From NCBI GenBank assembly GCA_963725865.1, contig CAVSAC010000014.1, positions 1,312,001 to 1,376,000 on the forward strand: DNA of 64,000 nucleotides. The letters are read 5' to 3'. Under the pieces are notes generated by a model that was not told where the DNA came from, ran no database searches, and saw nothing but the letters and a program-made list of their open reading frames with translations. Origin of the DNA: Candidatus Eiseniibacteriota bacterium. Lineage in GTDB: Bacteria; Eisenbacteria; RBG-16-71-46. Of this stretch, positions 51,388 through 63,255 are shown piece after piece; the first letter of the stretch is position 1; each line of letters opens with the position of its first letter. The position numbers were made by a program, and so were the translations under genes.

Positions 51388-51513
51388 CGGCCACTCCTGC
51401 CCGCGGCATCAGTCCGGCGGCGGCCGCAATTCATCGTGGAGCGTCGCGCGCCCCAGGCGCTAGACTCCCGCGCACTCTTGCCTCACCGCACCACCGCCCC
51501 ACCGGAGGATGCC

Positions 51514-53475
<1,962 letters not shown>

Positions 53476-53591
53476 GCCGGTGGGCTCGCGCGCTTCCGCG
53501 CGCGGCGAGGACGCGGGCGCGCTCGATCCGCTCGGCGGCGAGAATTGCGCGCCTCGGCGAGATCGCGCTGGCGGGTGCGGTGCACTCGGGC

Positions 53592-53645
53592 TAGCCTCAT
53601 TGGGCACCCGTCCCGCCGGCGCCCCTCGGCGGGCCGCCGAGGAGA
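53592..53645 (+). promoter_or_regulatory. -10 box plus conserved 5'UTR hairpin of paralog B
   Basis: TAGCCT then CCCGCCGG-N6-TCGGCGGG then GGAG; homologous to 55125-55178. Confidence 0.55.
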
Positions 53646-53650
53646 CCCCG

Positions 53651-55087
53651 ATGAAGCACCCCTGGCTGCGCGCGATCCCGCTCGTGCTCGTTCTCGCCCT
53701 GCTAGCGTTCGCGGCCGTGTGGCCCTCGCGCCGCGCACGCGCGAGCGCCCCCGCCGAGCCCGCCGCGGCGGCGTCCATCTACACGAACTGCGATGTCACG
53801 GTGCAATGGGGCGCCGGGGGCTCGACGATCGGCTTCAACCTCGGATCGGGCGTGACACAACCGCTGGTCGAGGGCGTCAACGTGTCGGCGTGCAGTCTCC
53901 AGGCGGTCGCCTACAACTACGCTCAGGCGACGATGGCGCTGGTCGAGTGGGACCCGGTCACGCTCACGCCGGATCCCACCACCGTCGCGCTGCGCTCCCG
54001 GGCCTTCGCCAACTCCGACGTCTACTATGGAGAGACGCAGGCTCGGTGGATGCCTCCTGTGATCGTGCGCCAGGTCGCGGGGCTCGCCGAGCCACCGCGC
54101 ACCAGCGTGGCGCTGGACTTCGTCTCGAACGACGCGATCTACATCTACGCCCAGTACCAGACTTGGGGCCCGGACTGGGTCCCGCGAGCGTACTTCTACG
54201 CACCCGGCACGGCGCGCACGCCGCTCCCAGGACCGCACCCGCTGCTCTCGCATGGTGTCTGTGGTGGCGACTCCACGCTCCAGGGGTTGCGTCTCGTGCA
54301 GAGCGTGATGACCACCGACGTGCTGATCGACACCGCCCGGTACGAGTTGGTGCAGCGGTTCCGAGTTCCGGTCGAAGCGCGTCTGCGCTGGGTGGAATTG
54401 GCGTTCGGCACCATGACGCCACGCTATCCGGTGGTGCCCGGCTGGATCGGCATCCTGGATGCCGGGATCGACGGGCTGCCACCCGCCGTGATCCCCGCCG
54501 GGCTCGTCGGCGCGGCATTTGGAGGCTCGGCCCCGCGGGCGACCGCCTGGGATTCGCACTTTGACTTCGACCACGTCATCACGCTCGAGCCCCGACACGA
54601 CTATTGGCTGGTGGCACGGACCGCCCATGACTATCCGATCTACGCTCGCCAGCGCACCGGTGCCGAAGGCTCGTACTACCAGGCCGACATCGGCGCCCTC
54701 TATGCGCGCTCGACACCGAGCGGCGACTGGACCGAACTGACCGACCAGGCCCTGTGCTTCCGCATCATCGGCGAGCCGACCGGCGTCGCCAGTGTGCCCG
54801 GCGCGGAGCCCGCGCGGCTCGGGCTGGGGCTCGCCATCGCCCCGAACCCGGCGCGCGGCGCGGTGCTGGTGCGCTGGAGCGGTGCGAGTGGGGCCGTGCG
54901 GTTCGAGGTGCTGGATGCCCGCGGCCGCCGCGTGGCGAGCGGCGACGCGGGCGCGGGCGTGAGCGGTGGCTGGACGTGGGGTGCGCTGCGATCGGACGGG
55001 CGGCGCGTGCCGGCGGGGATCTACTTCGTGCGCGCGACCGACGCCGCGGGACACGTGGCGAGCGAGCGAGTGGCGGTGCTGCGATAG
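53651..55087 (+). CDS. Secreted paralog-family protein (copy B) with C-terminal FlgD/CTD-like domain
   Basis: MKHPWLRAIP signal; YTNCDV, SACSL, EWDP, HGVCGGDSTLQ, QRFRVP, SHFDFD, HDYWL, LCFRIIGEPTG; APNPARG..GIYFVR. Confidence 0.85.
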   Translation: MKHPWLRAIPLVLVLALLAFAAVWPSRRARASAPAEPAAAASIYTNCDVTVQWGAGGSTIGFNLGSGVTQPLVEGVNVSACSLQAVAYNYAQATMALVEWDPVTLTPDPTTVALRSRAFANSDVYYGETQARWMPPVIVRQVAGLAEPPRTSVALDFVSNDAIYIYAQYQTWGPDWVPRAYFYAPGTARTPLPGPHPLLSHGVCGGDSTLQGLRLVQSVMTTDVLIDTARYELVQRFRVPVEARLRWVELAFGTMTPRYPVVPGWIGILDAGIDGLPPAVIPAGLVGAAFGGSAPRATAWDSHFDFDHVITLEPRHDYWLVARTAHDYPIYARQRTGAEGSYYQADIGALYARSTPSGDWTELTDQALCFRIIGEPTGVASVPGAEPARLGLGLAIAPNPARGAVLVRWSGASGAVRFEVLDARGRRVASGDAGAGVSGGWTWGALRSDGRRVPAGIYFVRATDAAGHVASERVAVLR

Positions 55088-55124
55088 CGCGCGTGGCGCG
55101 CCGGCCCGTCGCGCGAGCTGGGAC

Positions 55125-55178
55125 TAGCCTGGAACATCACCAGTCCCGCCGGCTTCCCCCGGCGGGCCGCCTTGGAGG
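55125..55178 (+). promoter_or_regulatory. -10 box plus conserved 5'UTR hairpin of paralog C
   Basis: TAGCCT then CCCGCCGG-N6-CCGGCGGG then GGAGG. Confidence 0.55.
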
Positions 55179-55183
55179 CCGTG

Positions 55184-56620
55184 ATGAAGCACCCCTGGCT
55201 GCGCGCGATCCCCATCGCTCTGGTCCTCTGTCTGCTCGCACTCGCGGCGCTCTGGCCGTCGCGGAGGGTTCAGGCGAGCGCTCCCGCCGAACCCGCCGCG
55301 GCGGCGACGGTCTACACGAACTGCGACGTGACGGTGCAGTGGGGAGGAAGCGGTGCGACGATCGCCCTCACCGGAGGCTCCGGCGTGACCCAGCCGCTGG
55401 TCGAGGGAATGAACGTCTCGGCGTGCAGTCTCCAGGTGACTCCGGCCAGCTTCATGGGGGGCACCATGGCGTTGGTGTCCTGGGATCCGCTCACGCTCGC
55501 GGCCGATCCCACGACGCTCGCGCTGCGCTCACGCGCCTTCAATGCCTCCGACGTCAGCAGCAACCTGACGCGCATCGTGTGCGACCCGCCGCTCGTGACG
55601 CGGACGATTCCGAGGCTCGCCGAGCCGCCGCGGCCGGGAGTCGCCCTGGATTTCGTGGTCGGATCAGGCACCGGCCTGCTGGCGTTCCCCTACCAGCCCG
55701 CGGGCCCGGTCGGTGTGCCGCCCGCCTCCTACTACGTCAGCGGCGCGCCGCGGGCGCCGCTCTCCGGCACGCATCCGGTCCTCTCGCATGGGGTGTGCGG
55801 CGGCGACTCCACGTTGCAGCGGCTCCGCATCGTGCAGAGCGTGATGACCACGAACGTGTTCATCGACACGACCCAGTACGAGCTCGCTCAGCGCTTCCGG
55901 GTGCCGGAGGAGACGCTCCTGTCGTGGGTGGAGCTGGGCTTCGGAGCCGTGAGCGCGCGGCCGCCGATCGAGCCGGGAGTCCTCGCGATCCTGGATGCCG
56001 AGGGCCAGAGCGAGCCTCCCGCCGTACTGCCGGCCGCACTGGCGAGCGCGACATTCGGCGGCTCCTGGATCGGGACCGGGTGGGGCTCGCACTTCGACTT
56101 CGATCAGCTGGCCCAGTTGGAGCCCGATCACGACTACTGGCTGCTGGCGCGGATCAACCACGACTACGGAGTCTATGCGCGTATTGACGACGACACCGAG
56201 AGTCCCGACTTCATCGCGGCCATCGGGCCGCTCGCGATGCGCACCTCGCCGGGCGGAGCATGGGTGACGCGCACCGACCAGGCGCTGTGCTTCCGCGTCA
56301 TTGGCGAGCCGACCGGAGTCGCCAGCGTGCCCGATCCAGGGCCCGCGCCGCTCGGGCTGCGGCTCGGCGTCGCGCCGAATCCGGCGCGCGGCGCGGTGCT
56401 GGTGCGGTGGGCCGGCGCGAGCGGCGCGGTGCGGTTCGAGGTACTGGACGCACGCGGCCGCCGCGTGGCCGCGGGCGATGCCGGCGCGGGCGTGAGCGGC
56501 GGCTGGACGTGGAGCGCGACGCGCGGCGACGGGCAGCGGGTGCCCGCCGGGATCTACTTCGTGCGCGCGACCGACGCCGCGGGCCACGCGGCGAGCGAGC
56601 GCGTGACGGTGCTCCGATAG
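55184..56620 (+). CDS. Secreted paralog-family protein (copy C)
   Basis: Same framework motifs and C-terminal domain as copy B. Confidence 0.85.
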   Translation: MKHPWLRAIPIALVLCLLALAALWPSRRVQASAPAEPAAAATVYTNCDVTVQWGGSGATIALTGGSGVTQPLVEGMNVSACSLQVTPASFMGGTMALVSWDPLTLAADPTTLALRSRAFNASDVSSNLTRIVCDPPLVTRTIPRLAEPPRPGVALDFVVGSGTGLLAFPYQPAGPVGVPPASYYVSGAPRAPLSGTHPVLSHGVCGGDSTLQRLRIVQSVMTTNVFIDTTQYELAQRFRVPEETLLSWVELGFGAVSARPPIEPGVLAILDAEGQSEPPAVLPAALASATFGGSWIGTGWGSHFDFDQLAQLEPDHDYWLLARINHDYGVYARIDDDTESPDFIAAIGPLAMRTSPGGAWVTRTDQALCFRVIGEPTGVASVPDPGPAPLGLRLGVAPNPARGAVLVRWAGASGAVRFEVLDARGRRVAAGDAGAGVSGGWTWSATRGDGQRVPAGIYFVRATDAAGHAASERVTVLR

Positions 56621-56730
56621 GGCGAGGGGCTCACACCACGAAAGAGCTTCGAGCGTAGCCTCCGGGCGGCTAGACTTTCGCTGCTTCGCTCAGCGCATCG
56701 CCCTTCGCGGTCGACTCCAGGAGCCTCTCG

Positions 56731-58164
56731 ATGAAGCGTCGGTGGCGGCGTCTCGTTCCGATCATCGCCGTGGCGGCCCTGCTGGTCGCGACCGCGTTGC
56801 TGCCCTCGCGCCGCGCGCGCGCACGAACCGAATCCGCCGCCGCCGTGGCGACGACGTACACGAATTGCGATGTCGTGGTGCAGACGGGCGGTCACGGAGC
56901 CACCGTCGGGATCGTGAACGGCGCAGGCGTGGTCCAACCGCTGCGCACGGACATGAACGCCTCGGCCTGCAGCCTCGAAGTGATGCCGTATGCCCTCAAC
57001 TACGCCTCGATGGATCTGGTGGAGTGGGATCCGCTCGCCCTGGCGCCCGATCCCACCACCGTCACCCTTCGCAGCCGCGGCTTCGACGCCTCGTCGGTGT
57101 ACTACGGCCAGGTCCACACCGTGTGGGCACCGCCGCTGGTCACGCGGCAGGCTCCGCGCCTCGCCGAGCCACCGCGTGGCACGGTGGCGCTCGAACTGTG
57201 GGCTGACCATACGGGCGGCAGCACCCTCGGCGTGCAGTATCAGACCGAGGGGCCGCCCGACGTCCCGATCGCCTACCTCGCCGCCGTCACCGGCTCGCAC
57301 GCGCCGCTGCTGGGCGCTCACGCCGTGCTCTCGCACGGCGTTTGCGGCGGTGACTCCACCCTTCAGGCGCTGAGGGTCGTGCAGTGCGTGCGCACCGTCG
57401 ACGCGCTGCTCGATTCCAACTACTACGAGGTGATGCAGCGCTTCCGCGTGCCGGTCGAGGCACGATTGCGCTGGGCGGAGCTGGCCTTCGGCGCGGTGTC
57501 CCCGCGCTCTCCGCTGGTGTTCGGTCGCGTCGCGATCCTCGATGCCGCGCCGGACGGGCCGCCGCCGGCGCTGCTCCCTCCCGAGCTCGTCGGCGCCGCG
57601 CTCGGCTCCGTCCTGACGGGCGCCTGGAACACGCACTACGACTTCGATCACATCATCACGCTGGAGCCGGACCACGACTACTGGCTGCTGGCGCGCACCG
57701 CACACGACTACGGGCTCTACACGCACTATCGCGATGGAAGCGAAGGCCCCGACTACGTCGCAGCCATCGGCGGTCTCTACACGCGCGTCAAGCCGGACCT
57801 TGGGTTCTCCGAGCAGGTCGGCAGCACGCTCTGCTTCAAGTTGATCGGCGAGCCGACCGGAGTCGCGAGCGTGCCCGACCCCGCGCCCGCGCCGCTCGGG
57901 CTACGGCTCGGTATCACGCCGAACCCGGCGCGCGGCGCGGTGCTGGTGCGCTGGTCCGGAGCGAGCGGTGCGCTGCGATTCGAGGTGCTCGACGCGCGCG
58001 GCCGCCGCGTGGCCGCCGGCGCCGAAGGCACGGGCACGAGCGGCAGCTGGACGTGGAACGCGGCGCGGAGCGAGGGCTCGGCACTGCCGGCGGGGATCTA
58101 CTTCGTGCGCGCGACCGACGCCGCGGGGCACGCGGCGGCCGCGCGCGTGGCGCTGGTCCGGTAG
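56731..58164 (+). CDS. Secreted paralog-family protein (copy D)
   Basis: Same framework motifs and C-terminal domain as copies B and C; AGGAG SD. Confidence 0.85.
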   Translation: MKRRWRRLVPIIAVAALLVATALLPSRRARARTESAAAVATTYTNCDVVVQTGGHGATVGIVNGAGVVQPLRTDMNASACSLEVMPYALNYASMDLVEWDPLALAPDPTTVTLRSRGFDASSVYYGQVHTVWAPPLVTRQAPRLAEPPRGTVALELWADHTGGSTLGVQYQTEGPPDVPIAYLAAVTGSHAPLLGAHAVLSHGVCGGDSTLQALRVVQCVRTVDALLDSNYYEVMQRFRVPVEARLRWAELAFGAVSPRSPLVFGRVAILDAAPDGPPPALLPPELVGAALGSVLTGAWNTHYDFDHIITLEPDHDYWLLARTAHDYGLYTHYRDGSEGPDYVAAIGGLYTRVKPDLGFSEQVGSTLCFKLIGEPTGVASVPDPAPAPLGLRLGITPNPARGAVLVRWSGASGALRFEVLDARGRRVAAGAEGTGTSGSWTWNAARSEGSALPAGIYFVRATDAAGHAAAARVALVR

Positions 58165-58177
58165 GCCGCCGCGCTCC

Positions 58178-59407
58178 ATGACCGCGCATCGCGTCCATCC
58201 CTGGGTGTTCATGCTGCTCACGCTGCCGTTCGGGGCGTCGGCGGGCTACGTCACGGTCACGCTCGCATGGCAGCTCCAGCACGCGGGCGTGGCGGTCGCG
58301 CCGATCGCCGCGATCGTGGCGCTGATGCTGCTGCCGAACGCATGGAAGTTCCTGTGGGCGCCGATCACCGATGCCACGCTCGATCCCAAGACCTGGTACG
58401 TGATCGCCGGTGTCGTGAACGCGCTCGGGGTCGCGGTGCTCGGCATGATCCCGGCGACGCAGGGCGGGCTGCGCGCGCTGTCGGTGGCGGTCGCGCTCGG
58501 CAGCTTCGCCGCCACGTTCCTCGGTTTCGCGATCAGCAGCCTGATGGCGCACTGCACGCCCGACGAGGAGAAGGGGCGCGCCGCGGGCTGGAACCAGGCC
58601 GGCAACCTCGGCGGCAGCGGGATCGGTGGCGGCCTCGGGCTGTGGCTGCTGCAGCGCGTGCCGCACCCGGCGGTCGCGAGCTCGGTCGTCGGCGCGCTGT
58701 GCCTGGCGTGCTGCCTCGGACTGATCGGGCTCCCGCGACCCGAGCGCACGCACGGACACGAAGGGCTGGGGCGCGGGCTCCTCGACGTGGTGCGCGACCT
58801 GTGGCACATGGTGCGCGAGCACGCGGGGATGCTGGCGCTGATCCTGTGCCTGCTGCCGATCGGCTCGGGTGCGGCGAGCGGGCTGTGGTCGGCGGTCGCG
58901 GGGGAGTGGAAGGCCTCGGCCGACACCGTCGCGCTGGTCACGGGCGTGCTCTCGGGCCTGATCTCCGCCGCGGGCTGCGTGGTGGGCGGCTGGATCTGCG
59001 ACCGCATGGACCGCAAGGGCGCCTACGTCGCGTTCGGCATCCTGCAGGCCGCGTGTGCCGTCGGCATGGCGACGTTCCCGCGCACCGAGGCGATGTTCGT
59101 GGTGTGGACCTCGCTCTACGCGTTCATCATGGGGCTCACGTACGCGGGATTCGCGGCGTTCGCGCTCGAGGCCATCGGTCACGGCGCGGCGGCGACCAAG
59201 TTCAGCATCTTCGCGTCGCTCTCGAACATGCCCATCTACTACATGACCAACGTCGACGGCTGGGCGCACGACCGCTGGAACTCGGCGGGCATGCTGAGCA
59301 CCGAGGCGCTCCTGTGCCTGACGGGCGCGCTCGCGTTCGGCGTGCTCGCTCTGGTGATGCGACGGATGCGCCCGCGCCCGGCGGCCGTGACCGGCGGACG
59401 ACCGTGA
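58178..59407 (+). CDS. MFS transporter, AmpG-like
   Basis: LPNAWKFLWAPITD, GGWICDRMDRK, ATKFSIFASLSN; about 12 TMs. Confidence 0.82.
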   Translation: MTAHRVHPWVFMLLTLPFGASAGYVTVTLAWQLQHAGVAVAPIAAIVALMLLPNAWKFLWAPITDATLDPKTWYVIAGVVNALGVAVLGMIPATQGGLRALSVAVALGSFAATFLGFAISSLMAHCTPDEEKGRAAGWNQAGNLGGSGIGGGLGLWLLQRVPHPAVASSVVGALCLACCLGLIGLPRPERTHGHEGLGRGLLDVVRDLWHMVREHAGMLALILCLLPIGSGAASGLWSAVAGEWKASADTVALVTGVLSGLISAAGCVVGGWICDRMDRKGAYVAFGILQAACAVGMATFPRTEAMFVVWTSLYAFIMGLTYAGFAAFALEAIGHGAAATKFSIFASLSNMPIYYMTNVDGWAHDRWNSAGMLSTEALLCLTGALAFGVLALVMRRMRPRPAAVTGGRP

Positions 59408-60684
59408 GTCCGCGCCCGGCCGCGCTCGCGCTGGCGGCGATCGCCACTCTGGCGCTGGCGACCGCGGCGCTGGCGATCGCCGCGCGCGGCGCGGCGCCGG
59501 GCCTCGTGCGTGACAGCTCCGCGGCCCGCCGCGTGCCGGCGTTTCCCGCGCGCACGAGTCCCGACGACGCGCCGCGGCTGATCCCGCCGATTCGCCCGGG
59601 TCTGCGCGTGCCCGGCCGGATCCACGCCGGTCTGGTCGAGACCGTGATCGCGCGCGGGATCGACAGCCCGGTGAGCATGGCGATCGCGCCCGACGACCGC
59701 ATCTTCGTCTGCGAGCAGGGCGGGCGCCTGCGGGTGATCCGCGACGGCGAGCTGCTGGCGAAGCCGTTCGTGGTCGTGCCCGCGCACGCCGAGATCGAAG
59801 AAGGCCTGCTCGGAGTCGCGTTCGATCCCGAGTTCCCGAGGCGGCCGTTCGTCTACGTGTGCTACACCGCCGGCGCGCCGGCGCGCCACAACCGCGTCGA
59901 GCGCTACACCGCCTCCGGCGACACCGCGCTGCCGGGCAGCGCCCGCGTGCTGATCGACCTCGACCCGCATCGCAACCACCTCCACGTCGGCGGGGCGCTG
60001 CGCTTCGGGCGCGACGGCATGCTGTACATCGGGACCGGCGACAACGACCTCGAGTCGCTCGCGCAGAGCCTGGGCTCGACGTTCGGCAAGCTGATGCGCA
60101 TCGACCGCGACGGCGGGATTCCGCCCGACGGTCCGTTCGTGAACACCGCGCGCGGGATCCATCGCGCGATCTGGGCGCGCGGGCTGCGCAATGTCTTCAG
60201 CTTCGACGTCGAGCCGGGCAGCGGCCGGATGTTCATCAACGACGTTGGTGCGAGCGCCTACGAGGAGATCGACGAGGGTGCGGCGGGCGCCAACTACGGC
60301 TGGCCGCTCTACGAAGGGCCGCGAGGCGACGAGCACTTCCGCGCGCCGCTGTACGCGTACGGCCACGACGCCGGCTGCGCGATCACCGGGGGCGCGTTCT
60401 ACCGGCCCGCGCGACCGGCGCTGCCGACCGAGTGGTTCGGACGCTACCTGTTCGCCGACTACTGCGCCGCCGAGATCCGCTGGATCGATCCCGCCGCCCC
60501 CGCGCGCAGCGGGGTGCTGGGCCGCACGCTGGTGCAGGGCCCGGTCGACCTGCGCGTCGGGCCGGATGGCGCGCTCTACTACCTCGCGCGCGGCAACGCG
60601 AGCCCGGTGGGCGGCGAGCACACGGCGAGCGGCATCGTGGTACGGGTCGCGAGCCTCGCCGGTTCCGAGCGTGGAGCGCGCTGA
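59404..60684 (+). CDS. PQQ-dependent sugar dehydrogenase (soluble glucose/sorbosone dehydrogenase family), exported
   Basis: EEGLLGVAFDP, HVGGALRFGRDGMLYIGTGD, GLRN, GANYGWP, AITGGAFY; GTGA overlap with the MFS gene. Confidence 0.85.
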   Translation: MSPRPAALALAAIATLALATAALAIAARGAAPGLVRDSSAARRVPAFPARTSPDDAPRLIPPIRPGLRVPGRIHAGLVETVIARGIDSPVSMAIAPDDRIFVCEQGGRLRVIRDGELLAKPFVVVPAHAEIEEGLLGVAFDPEFPRRPFVYVCYTAGAPARHNRVERYTASGDTALPGSARVLIDLDPHRNHLHVGGALRFGRDGMLYIGTGDNDLESLAQSLGSTFGKLMRIDRDGGIPPDGPFVNTARGIHRAIWARGLRNVFSFDVEPGSGRMFINDVGASAYEEIDEGAAGANYGWPLYEGPRGDEHFRAPLYAYGHDAGCAITGGAFYRPARPALPTEWFGRYLFADYCAAEIRWIDPAAPARSGVLGRTLVQGPVDLRVGPDGALYYLARGNASPVGGEHTASGIVVRVASLAGSERGAR

Positions 60685-60802
60685 CGGGCGAGAATCCGCT
60701 GTCACGTCCCTCGCGCCGGGACTACCTTGAGCGCGCTCGGCCCGCCGCGCGCCCCCGCCGGCGGCCGCGCGCGTGCCCGCCCGCCACCCATGCGGAGGTC
60801 GG

Positions 60803-61132
60803 TTGTCCCTGCGGCTCGTTCGGGTCCTCGCACCGCTCTCGGTCGGCGCACTGCTGTGGTTCGCCGCCGCGGCGCCCGCGTGGCGCGCCACGCCCAACCC
60901 AGCGCGCGATCTTGCGCTGGTGCGCTGGAGCGGCGCGACCGGCGAGGTGCGGCTCGAGGTGCTCGACGCGCGCGGGCGGCGCGTGGGCACGGGTGTCGCT
61001 GGTGCCGCCGGTAGCTGGACCTGGCGTATCGCGCCGACCGGGCGGCGCCCGCTGTCCGCCGGTGTGTACTTCGTGCGCGTCACCGACGGCGCGGGACGGC
61101 GCGCGCCGGCGCGCGTGGTGGTGGTGCGATAG
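60803..61132 (+). CDS. Stand-alone signal peptide + FlgD/CTD-like domain (cargo-less relative of the paralog family)
   Basis: GGAGG then TTG; LVRVLAPLSVGALLWFAAAAPAWRA fused directly to TPNPARDLALVRWSGATGEVRLEVLDARGRRV..AGVYFVRVTDGAGR. Confidence 0.75.
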   Translation: MSLRLVRVLAPLSVGALLWFAAAAPAWRATPNPARDLALVRWSGATGEVRLEVLDARGRRVGTGVAGAAGSWTWRIAPTGRRPLSAGVYFVRVTDGAGRRAPARVVVVR

Positions 61133-61152
61133 GCCGCCTCGCGCGCATCACC

Positions 61153-63255
61153 GTGCGAGCGGCGCTCGCGCTCGCGATCCTCGGCTTCGCCCCGGCGCTG
61201 CTCGATCCGTTCACCCCCCTGAAGGCCGCCGTGCTGCGCGTGGCGGGGCTCGGGCTGCTGGCCGGCGTGCTCGCCGCGTGGTGGGCGGGCAGTCGCGGCG
61301 CGCGCCCGGATGCCCACCGCGCGCCCTCTACGCACGGTCGCGCGACGCCGGCCGTCACCCGCTTGGTCGATCTCGCGGTGATCGCGTGGGTGACATCGTC
61401 GATCGTCTCGACGCTCGCGGGCGTCGCGCCGCGACTCAGCCTCGTGGGCGAGATCGAGCAGCGCGAGGGCCTGCTGACCACGCTCGCGCTGGCCGGGCTC
61501 TACGCCGGCACCCGTGCGGCGCACGCCACTCCCGCGCACGCGCGCCGCACGCTCGACGTGGTGCTGACGTGCGCCGCGATCGCGGCGGGCTACGCGCTGA
61601 TCCAGTTCGCCGGCCTCGATCCGCTGCGCTGGGCGGGCGCGGCGCTCTATCCCGACGCGGGCGCCGCAGTGACGCGTCCGGCGGCCACGCTCGGCAATCC
61701 GATCCTGCTGGGTGCCGTGCTCGCCGCCGCGCTGGGGGTCGCGGTCGCGCGGCTCGCGGGCGGGCGCTCGCCGGCGTGGCGCGCGGGCGCGCTCGCGGTG
61801 CTGCTGGGGGCGGCGTGCGTGGCGACCCTCTCTCGCGGCGCGTGGCTGGCCGCGGCGGCCGGGACGCTGGCGGCGCTCGCGACCGCAGGGCGCGCGGACG
61901 CTCCGCACTCCAGACGGCGCGCGGCGCTCGCGCTCGCGACCGTGGTGCTGCCGGTGGGTGCCTGGAGCGCGTTCGTGCTGGGCGGGCCGGTCATCGCGCG
62001 GCTCGCCGAGGGGGCGCATCCCGAGGCGGCCTCGCTGCCGGCGCGGATCGAGATCGCGCGCGCCGCGCTCGCGCTGTGGCGTTCCCACCCGTGGCTCGGC
62101 ACCGGCCCCGACACGTTCGGCCTGATGTTCCCGATCGCGCAGACGCCGGCGTTCTGGCGCGCCGACTGGCTCGGCCTGCCGGTGCACGCGCACTCGGCGG
62201 CGCTCCAGGTGCTCGCCACCGGCGGGGTGCTCGGCGTGCTGGCGGGTGCGCTGTGGCTGGCCGCGCTGGCAGCGGGCGCGGACTCCGCGTGGCGCGCGGG
62301 CGGCGCGGCGCGCGCTCCGGCGCTCGATGCCACCGCGGGTGCCGCCGCGCTGATCGTGGCGGGCGCGCTCAATCCCGTCGGGCTCGCGGGTGCGGCGGTG
62401 TTCGTGGTGCTGGGCGGATTGCTCGCAGCGAGCGCGCGGGCGGCGGCGACCGACGGCGCCGCCGCCGCGCGTCCACCCCGGCTCGCGATCGTCTCGGGTG
62501 CCGCGGTGGCGATCGGTGTCGCGCTGGCGGCCGGACCCGAGCTGGCGGCGCTGGCCGATGCCGGACTCGCGCGCGATGCGCTGACGCGCGCGGCCGAAGC
62601 TCCCGGCGGCGCGCCGCCGGAGGTCGTCGAGCGCGCGGTGGAGCGGGCGGAGACGGCCGCGCGGCGGGCACCGGGCGAGGACGAGCTGGAACGGCTCGCG
62701 AGCGACGCCGCGCTGCTGCTGGCGCGCCAGCGAGGCGCCGCAGGCGATCCCGTCGCCGCCGCCGCCGCGGTCGCGCGGGCGGAGTCATCCGCGCGGCGCG
62801 CAGTGGCGCTCCAGCCGCGCCGCGCGTCGAACCTGCAGCGGCTGGCAAACGCGCTCGCGCTGCGCGCCCGGCTGGCGCGTGCCGGAGTGCCCGCCGGGCG
62901 CCCGGCCACCGAGGCGGCGATGCTGACGCAACTCTCGGACGCGACGTTCGACGCGGCCGCGGCGCTCGCACCGTGCGACGCGCTGCTGCTCACCGACCGG
63001 GTGCGCGCGTGCCTCGAGGCGGGGCGACCGCAGGCAGCGCTGGCGAGCGCGCGTCGCGTCGTCGCACTGTATCCCGCGGCTGGACCCGCGCACGCGCTCG
63101 AGGCGGCCGCCGATCTCGCGCTCGGCGATCGCGCCGGCGCGCTCGCGGCGCTGCGCCGCGCCCGAGCGGCGTACTGGGAAGCCGGCACCGAGCGCGAGCG
63201 CGCCGCCGTGACTCGCACACTGGAGTCGCTCGCTCGCGCCCCGGTCGCGCGCTGA
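61153..63255 (+). CDS. O-antigen ligase-like (Wzy_C) membrane protein with C-terminal TPRs
   Basis: ATLGNPILLG, TLSRGAWLA, HPWLGTGPDTF, HAHSAALQVLATGGVLG; helical C-terminus. Confidence 0.8.
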   Translation: MRAALALAILGFAPALLDPFTPLKAAVLRVAGLGLLAGVLAAWWAGSRGARPDAHRAPSTHGRATPAVTRLVDLAVIAWVTSSIVSTLAGVAPRLSLVGEIEQREGLLTTLALAGLYAGTRAAHATPAHARRTLDVVLTCAAIAAGYALIQFAGLDPLRWAGAALYPDAGAAVTRPAATLGNPILLGAVLAAALGVAVARLAGGRSPAWRAGALAVLLGAACVATLSRGAWLAAAAGTLAALATAGRADAPHSRRRAALALATVVLPVGAWSAFVLGGPVIARLAEGAHPEAASLPARIEIARAALALWRSHPWLGTGPDTFGLMFPIAQTPAFWRADWLGLPVHAHSAALQVLATGGVLGVLAGALWLAALAAGADSAWRAGGAARAPALDATAGAAALIVAGALNPVGLAGAAVFVVLGGLLAASARAAATDGAAAARPPRLAIVSGAAVAIGVALAAGPELAALADAGLARDALTRAAEAPGGAPPEVVERAVERAETAARRAPGEDELERLASDAALLLARQRGAAGDPVAAAAAVARAESSARRAVALQPRRASNLQRLANALALRARLARAGVPAGRPATEAAMLTQLSDATFDAAAALAPCDALLLTDRVRACLEAGRPQAALASARRVVALYPAAGPAHALEAAADLALGDRAGALAALRRARAAYWEAGTERERAAVTRTLESLARAPVAR

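Larger units (their letters stand above)
55016..58127 (+). repeat. Identical 35-bp block GGGATCTACTTCGTGCGCGCGACCGACGCCGCGGG in the 3' ends of paralogs B, C and D
   Basis: Copies at 55016-55050, 56549-56583 and 58093-58127, within highly similar CTD-coding segments. Confidence 0.85.

Noticed and set aside
55016..58127. 35-bp identical repeats as CRISPR repeats or attC sites
   Set aside because: They are spaced about 1.5 kb apart inside coding sequence, with no cas or integrase genes and no attC-like structure between the genes.
53651..58164. Diversity-generating retroelement as the source of paralog variability
   Set aside because: There is no reverse transcriptase or template repeat in the window, and the differences are not adenine-specific or confined to a C-terminal variable region.
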